From contig JBHGNT010000020.1 of assembly GCA_043228905.1 (NCBI GenBank), positions 15,128,001-15,192,000 on the forward strand: 64,000 nucleotides of DNA. The letters are read 5' to 3'. Positions 58,115 to 64,000 of the stretch are shown one piece after another; the stretch's first letter is position 1; each line of letters starts with the position of its first letter. The translations under genes and the position numbers were made by a program. The notes beneath the pieces were generated by a model. That model was not told the DNA's origin, ran no database searches, and saw only the letters and a list, made by a program, of their open reading frames with translations. The stretch is from Azolla caroliniana. Taxonomy: Eukaryota; Plantae; Polypodiophyta.

Positions 58115-58392
58115 TACATGTATATAATTGTGGAAAATGTAGGATAATGCACATTAGGATAAGTGATTGGAATAACTAACTTATTAAAGTATTCAATACT
58201 TGTATTTAAAGTTGATCTAATCTATTCCTTAGTTTGTTCATATGGGATCAAACCATATGTATATAATTGTGGACAATGTCAAGCAGTGAACTTTAGGATA
58301 ATGTCGTGGAAATAACAAACCTATTAAGGCTTTCATACTTGTATTTAAAATTGATCTACTCTATTGCTTAGGTGATTCACACAGGATCAAAC
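58115..58392. repeat. Two diverged ~140-bp tandem units
   Basis: ATGTATATAATTGTGGA.AATGT...TAGGATAA...ATACTTGTATTTAAA.TTGATCTA.TCTATT.CTTAG...GGATCAAAC occurs twice. Confidence 0.8.
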
Positions 58393-58785
58393 TTCGAACG
58401 ATAACGCAAGTGGAACCATTATCAACACACTACACAATCTAAGCAGCAATGGAATAGAAACATAATAGTTTTAACAATAGAAGACAAAGATCCATAATAA
58501 CAACATGGACAGTCATGACAACAATTGTAGGGCCATGTTCTGTTAAGGTTAGCTTGGACCAAAATCAACCTCAATTTAAACTAATTCATGTTTCTCCATA
58601 AATTTGGTAGTCAGCTATGCACGTGGTGAAACCAATGTCATAAATCTACTAACCAAGTATATAAAAATAAAATTGAAACATACAGAAGATTATAAAGAAT
58701 AGAATCCACTAGGTAAAACCCAAATTTTGTATTAATAATGTGAAATCCAAACAAATCGTCAGTGTCATTTTTTTCATAGAGTCTA

Positions 58786-61700
58786 TTACATAGCAATCAA
58801 TTCATCAACATCATTTTCTTCATCATCTTGTGTAGAACTCTCTTCGGCGATACGTGCATTGGCTTCCCCTATTAGCCGAGCCAACGAAATATCTTCTATA
58901 AGCTCATCATCTAGCTCTATTAGCTCCCCCGATTCGCCGGGTAACGGAGGAATAGGCTCTTGCGAAGCAGGTTGAAACCTTTTTGTATTAGCTAGGTTCT
59001 TTGCACCGACCTCCTCATCCTATTCTGGGCACTCCCACAAAGCCTTAATCCGCATATTAATAAATATAACCTACTCCTGGTCCTTCTCCAATGCAACTGT
59101 ATTTCTAAAGAGCTTCAATGCACATGCAGACGTCGTTCCTGTGAAGTAAGTAACAAGAAGATTTAGTTGTCAAACAAAAAAGATTCGGTATTGGTTATCT
59201 CAAGATCGTTACCCTAGTTCGAGGAATACCTGTGCCAGAAAAGAGATCTAATATCTAGTCTCCTTCGATAGAAAACATCTCGATCAAGCGCATAATAAGT
59301 CGCTGAGGTTTTTGATATGGGTTGACAAGTCCCCGTTCTGTCGTGGTGACATGTCGCAATTTCCGTGTCACTGCTGGATATACCAACAGATTTGAACCTC
59401 CCACTTCATTAGAATGCTCCTTGATTCTCTATTTCTTAATTTCATCGAAGTAGCCAACCGTGATGTATTCAATGGCATTAACGAACTGAAAAGTTGGCCC
59501 TCTATTTACATTGGTTTTGATCCTATAAAAAATAATACATCGAATTAAGAATAGGTTGAACAACCTTAAGAAATTCAATATAGTGAAAGACACCTATAAA
59601 TAATCCTTACCATGCAAGGTTCTCGATGCCATGGCAACGAGATCTCAAAGCTTCAGCTACCGAGTACCCTTGGTCCATACTATGAAAGACAACTATTCGC
59701 CACAAGGATGCAGTCGTTAGCTCAGCGAAATCCTTAACCATCTTCTCCAATTTTTTAAACCTAAACGGTTCATCGTCGTATGATGACCCAGCCATTCGAA
59801 ATCCATAAAGAATATCCGCAATCATTAGCGTATATTCCTTCTTTGCCACTTTTTGGATCAAGTCGACGACATCACCGCAAACCACATTGTAGTAAAGATC
59901 TCTCATAATAACTTTTTTGTGGCTAAATTTTTTAAAGGAGCCATCTTCCTCCATTTCATACGCCTTGACTAAGCGACGATCCTTCTCTTTTCTGGCTCGC
60001 TCGAGATGTGCAAGGAAGGATGTAGGGAAATCGTGTATATCCTTAACTTCTCCTTGTTTCTTGCCTCGACACGGTTTCTAATAGAAGCAATTGGACATCA
60101 TGTATTATTATACAAACTCTACATATGATGAAAGGGTAATGAAAAACCACCAATAAAATACTCTGATAACACCTTATATGAAGACGTTAGAGGATAATCC
60201 TCGGTCACTTGTTCCCAAGTTATACATCCAAGTTGTTTCATCATAACTTCTTGGATCTTCATGTACACCTTATGACTGTAAAATTAGAAATCAAGATTAG
60301 AACTTTGAATTACACCATATAGACTACAATTTCAGTATTTGAAAGACTTACTTATTGAACTCAGTGACCATTTCCTCAAGGCTTAAATATTTCGCCACCA
60401 CCCTTGACAAAACAGACACAAGAAGCTGCTCGTCCTTAATACCTTGCATCGCTCTCCACAAAGACAGCTTCATGTCACCTGCCGCTTCTTCAATTGTCAA
60501 GTCAATTTTCTTGGCGGCTTGTGACTTTAACTCTAGTTGAGGGTCAACCTTACATTTCTTTTGTCGTTGACCCTTTACCTCCTTATTCTCCCACATTGAG
60601 AAGATTTGATCTTGTAGGTCCCATACTTCTCCATCTCTAAACGCCAATTGAAACCAAGACTCATATTTTCGAAGACCATCGGACTTAACATTATCATCTA
60701 CAACAATACCGAACTTCATGCAGACATTGACGTCGTAGGCCTAGATGTAACTGCACACCAAACTTTTGTTTCACGTCCAAATACTCGTGGTGGAAGAACT
60801 GTATACACTCAATCAACGACATTTTCTACCTATAGTCATTATCATTATTATGGTCCCATGCCAACAGCTTAGCCTCTTTGGTTGTGAGCCCAACATAAAT
60901 TTTGCACTCGGCATACTTGAAGAAGAAAGTCGTTGGATGTTCTCTCACAAGTTGCCGACGTGCCTCCGCTGAATGTGATCCACCAATGACAAAGGAATTA
61001 TATTGATCATGCTTTCTAATATCAAAATCTTCAATGGTTTCACATTCTTCAGGATCTACCATAACAATAAAAGGCACCACAGTGGCATGAGGATTAATTT
61101 TCATTTTTTTCTTGAGATTTTGAACATGCATGCGGTGTGGCTCTCTAATCTCAAGTGGTCGTCGACCTGTTTTTCATCAATAGGGGGCCGATGGATGTGT
61201 GTTATAGGAAAATTAAACACTTGCCCTTTCTTGACCAGTTTATGCTGCATTAACTCTCTCCTTATCTTATTCTGCTCGGATGACAAAACACCCGATGCCA
61301 GCTCAGCTCCTGGCGTCCCCTTAGTGTCCTCCTCTTCGTTTTCACTTGTTGAATCGGAGTGTGACATTTTGGTTGTCTTCTTCTTTGGTGGTCTTGACTG
61401 GACTTTGGATACCCTTTTTGTGGCCTTCAATGGGGAGGGCACTTCATCTCTTAGAGTTACATGGCCTTGTATATAAGGCCTCAAGGTAACAATAAGGTTT
61501 TGTGAGTTTTCAAGATCTTTTTTGAACGCTTCTGGCCCACAAGATTCCTTTACTAAAAGATCTTCTGAAAGGAACACTTTACGTACCCCCTTGGAGCACT
61601 CTATCATTACTAGTATGTTGGCCGAATCTGCATCTTCGTAGTCAAATCGTAGAATACGGCCAGACATAAATGGGGTTTCCTTTCCAAGCTGCCCCTCCCC

Positions 61701-61990
61701 CTTCTTCTTTGTTGTATACAATACAACTTTTTTCTTTGAGTCGACGTATTGCATACACCATTCCTTGTCCGTTAGATCACGGTCAGGAAAGTCTTCACCT
61801 CCAGTAGCTGCTACAAGTTTCTTTTGGCTAACATCAATGTGTGGTTGAGATTTTGACTCCTCGTTGAAGAGAAGCTTTTTTCCTCTCGTCATGGACTCGG
61901 GAGCTACCTTGGTCTGTGCTTCGATTGGAGAACCCTGTATGCGAAGCTTTATTTTCTTCACGGGTCGGTTCGACAGGTTCTCAAACAACC
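58786..61990 (-). pseudogene. Intron-containing ParB/Srx-like domain plus beta-class N4-cytosine/N6-adenine DNA methyltransferase gene (disrupted)
   Basis: Manual splicing gives exons ~61987-60352, 60275-60173, 60077-59611, 59522-59230 and 59138-58786, with GT-AG introns. Translation includes PFIVMVD...FVIGGSHSAEARRQL...VGLTTKEAKLLAWDHN (ParB-like) and YTLMIADILYG (motif IV, 59805-59816). It continues LAWIKTN, NAIEYITVGY and VNPYQKPQRLIMRLIEMFSIEGD*ILDLFSGTGTTSACALKLFRNTVALEKD (motifs X, I, II), then an acidic tail. At least five TAG stops and two frameshifts. The start codon is uncertain. Confidence 0.85.
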
Positions 61991-62543
61991 TATTTAAGAA
62001 AGTACATGCAAAAACATAAGTTAGGTGGTCACGTAGATTAAGATTGTATATTAAAATATAAATAAGTAAATGAAGAACGGTTCTCACTAGCAGGCGATTA
62101 GTGGTGAAGTATAAATATCAATCATGCATTCAGAGTACATGGTAGTCCTATATTCAAAAATCTATTCTAGGTAGGGCTATTCAAACTAGAAAATATATAT
62201 CGTAATAAGTATACAGGGTTATATATTCTCTTAAAGAGGAGGTATGACTTATATTGATTCCATAACTATATTGAGGAGAATTTGCTATCATAAAGGTAAT
62301 TTGTGGGTTATTTTCTACTATTATAGTAGGTCATAAAACACCTATAATTAGGGCATGTTTTTTATAAAAAGTAAGGCAAGTCAACATAAAAAAGACTGAT
62401 TTATATTATACTTGATTTAACTTCATATAGACGTAGTTTAAATAATTATTGATATTTAAAATACAATTACTATATTAAAAATTAAATTTTTATGTATTGT
62501 ATTAATATAATATTAAATAATATAGACATTCTATTGATTTGGC

Positions 62544-62598
62544 TTTTGTTTAGAGAGAAGTATTTGTTTAGAGAGGAGTATATGTTTAGAGAGGAGCT
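62544..62598. repeat. Three 18-bp tandem units (T.TGTTTAGAGAG.AG..) in the divergent intergenic region
   Basis: tttgtttagagagaagta / tttgtttagagaggagta / tatgtttagagaggagct. Confidence 0.75.
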
Positions 62599-62659
62599 TA
62601 TTAGTTTTTTGCCTTACCCTAAGCACATAACTTACAGAGCCCTATCTAGACCTTAAGCC

Positions 62660-64000
62660 ATGAGTGAAGATTCACCGTTCTCAATTGAAGAATATTGTTT
62701 GTCAACAAACTCATCGTTTTCTACTGAAGAGTATTGTTTATTGACAGACTCACCATATTCTATTGAAGAATATTCTCTGTCGACAGACTCACCATATTCT
62801 ATCGAAGAATATTGTCTCAGCTCATCTTCACCTACAGGGAATGTAAATAATGACACATGTGAAGAGTTCTCTATTGAAGAATACGATATTAATAAAGATA
62901 CGGAGAATGAATGTAGTGCCAAGGAAACATTGAATAACATTGGTGATGGTCATAACAAAGAATTAGTTACACCAACCTCTATGCAGGAAGAGAAATCTGG
63001 GAGCCCTATGCATATTTAGAAGAATCCCACGAAGAATTCATCTGGCTAGATTTAGCTTGGTGACATCAAATAAACAGATTGGATTTGATGTCAAAAAAAT
63101 ATGTTGTGCTCGTGGTTGTATGTCTATGATTGGAAAATCAAAGTTGCGAGAATTAAGGCGATACTATTTTTCAATGACTGGTGATGAGCAAGACACTTAC
63201 CTCGGGTCACATATGCAACTAGTATCTAACAATTGTATGGGGATCAAAGTATCATTCGAGTATTATATCTTCCATGCGCAACAAATATGTAGAGTTGCAT
63301 TCAAAATTGCGTTGTGTTAGTAACATGCGGCTACATAGAGTACAACAACGTCTACTTAGCAGGGATCAGATGCTCAATTGTAAAGAGGTTCCAAGTATGA
63401 AAGGTGCAATTGGAAGACATCCTATTGGTTGGATGAAAACTTACTTTTAGTTAAATTGTGAAGTAATGCCCACTACAGGTAGGATGCACTTTTCTGATAA
63501 TTATACACGTCGGGAAGTTTATGATGTCTATCGATCTGATATACTGGGCTCACATAATAAGTCTATCACCTATAGCCAATTCACAAGATTATGGAGAGCT
63601 CGGTTTTCAAACGTTATCATTCCTCGTAAAGTACGTATGGGGTATTGCTCCATTTGTGCAAATCTTAAAAGTTTGGCTAAAGGTGTAAAGACATCAATGG
63701 AAAAGGATATAAGTAAGAAGTTACTACAAGAGCATCGTGAGGCACAATCGTTAGAACGAAAGAAGGCGATGCATCATAGAGAGAAGTGTTTGAAGAGGCC
63801 CGAACAATACATGTGCTTAATGATAGAGGGCATGGACCAGAAGAAGACGTGCTTGCCGCATATGCGGAGGCTCCTCAAAGATGTCAATGATGAGTGCCTT
63901 GTTCAAATGCACTTGGTGGGATGCTTGGCTTATAATAGGTCTATTGGACCTCACGTCTTCATTACATACCCCAATGTTCACAATGACCCTAACCTAACAA
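62660..64000 (+). pseudogene. Transposase-like gene (Cys-rich N-region, I(D/E)GMDQ-type catalytic core), disrupted and truncated by the window end
   Basis: Joined frames read ICCARGCM...EQDTYL...ICRVAF, W.KTYF*LNCEVMP and YSQFTRLWRARFSNVIIPRK. They continue GYCSICANLK, HREAQSLER, YMCLMIEGMDQKKTCLPH (63823-63840) and HNDPNLT. Frameshifts near 63000 and 63316; stop at 63448-63450. Confidence 0.65.
62669..62824 (+). repeat. Four 39-bp coding tandem units (DSPYSIEEYCLST)
   Basis: DSPFSIEEYCLST / NSSFSTEEYCLLT / DSPYSIEEYSLST / DSPYSIEEYCLSS. Confidence 0.85.

Larger units (their letters stand above)
57741..64000. mobile_element. Putative two-gene DNA transposon-like element (ParB-amino-MTase gene plus transposase-like gene), right end outside the window
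   Basis: Begins where copia D RT is interrupted. Hairpin at the junction, subterminal tandem repeat, and two divergently oriented genes. No TSD or TIR can be checked because the right end is missing. Confidence 0.65.

Noticed and set aside
58786-61990. Bacterial contamination or a restriction-modification operon
   Set aside because: The gene has multiple GT-AG introns, is contiguous with plant retrotransposon DNA and shows plant-like C>T decay. No restriction endonuclease gene is recognisable.
62544-62830. CRISPR-like array
   Set aside because: The units are contiguous tandem repeats without unique spacers, and no cas genes are present.
62653-62940. Minus-strand ORF with YSSIEYGE repeats as a separate gene
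   Set aside because: It is most simply the antisense reading of the 39-bp repeats in the plus-strand gene.

Overview
Land-plant nuclear DNA, probably a fern or other non-seed plant (inferred from the style of the transposons, not proven). Most of the window is a tandem array of malectin-like/LRR receptor-like kinase genes. Two copies look intact (494-5513, 9756-14758). There are also a kinase-only relic (~28225-28880), a malectin-less copy split by nested LTR elements (32403-47108) and an inverted, internally deleted copy (51044-54278). Four of the five kinases are non-RD (HMD). The array is riddled with decayed Ty1/copia, Ty3/gypsy (one chromovirus) and LINE insertions. The standout is the last ~6 kb, where the RT of a copia element breaks off and a two-gene, head-to-head unit follows. 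The minus-strand gene has spliceosomal introns and encodes a ParB/Srx-like domain fused to a prokaryote-type beta-class N4-cytosine/N6-adenine DNA methyltransferase (motif IV DILY, likely from DIPY; NPYQKP; LDLFSGTGTT). The plus-strand gene is a Cys-rich transposase-like gene (IEGMDQ motif) that runs off the window end. This copy is pseudogenised, but it suggests a plant DNA transposon family carrying its own amino-methyltransferase.
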